Part shown: positions 63,834 through 64,000 of the stretch, in pieces | Numbering within the stretch: the first letter of the stretch is position 1 | Layout: each line of letters begins with the position of its first letter | Origin: Leucoraja erinacea | Taxonomy: Eukaryota | Length of the DNA stretch: 64,000 nt | NCBI RefSeq assembly: GCF_028641065.1 | Contig: NC_073413.1 | Coordinates: forward strand, 5,456,001-5,520,000 | Direction: 5' to 3' | Translations under genes and position numbers: made by a program | The notes under the pieces: model-generated | The model's database searches: none | Told to the model about the DNA's origin: nothing | What the model saw: the letters and a program-made list of their open reading frames with translations, nothing else

Positions 63834-64000
63834 AGCTGGGATGAATCACAGCTCATGCAGTTTGGGTTGGAGATACAGCATAGAAATTGCCCCTTCGGCC
63901 CACCGAGTCCATGCTAACAATCGATCACTCATTCGCACACACCTCCAGATTCAGGGACAGTTTCATCCCAGCTGTTATCAAGCAACTGAATCACCTTACC

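Overview
Repeat-rich vertebrate genomic DNA, most likely a cartilaginous fish (skate/ray), judged from HE1/V-SINE-type SINEs, CR1/HER1-type LINEs and abundant Penelope-like fragments. Genes, all on +: (1) the last six coding exons of an ADAP1-like (centaurin-alpha, dual PH) gene at 4154-22701, with one exon cut by an assembly gap and one duplicated as a frameshifted copy; (2) a single-coding-exon urotensin-II-receptor-family GPCR at 30664-31734; (3) a tandem array of TRIM56-like RING/B-box/coiled-coil/NHL genes, with two full ORFs (50390-52342, 57813-59789) plus the promoter and first exon of a third unit at the window end. Highlights: the TRIM paralogues differ mainly in the NHL propeller and in presence or absence of intronic IRF/ISRE motifs; an orphan minus-strand unit at ~34050-34860 has a histone-like promoter (TATA, CCAAT, GC, E2F) and a histone-type 3' stem-loop/HDE but no histone ORF; many short Penelope-derived elements carry a minimal hammerhead-ribozyme core, one at the TRIM duplication junction. 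A solo LTR, Harbinger-like TIR elements and a Helitron with a visible empty paralogous site are also resolved. All calls were made by eye; no database searches were run.
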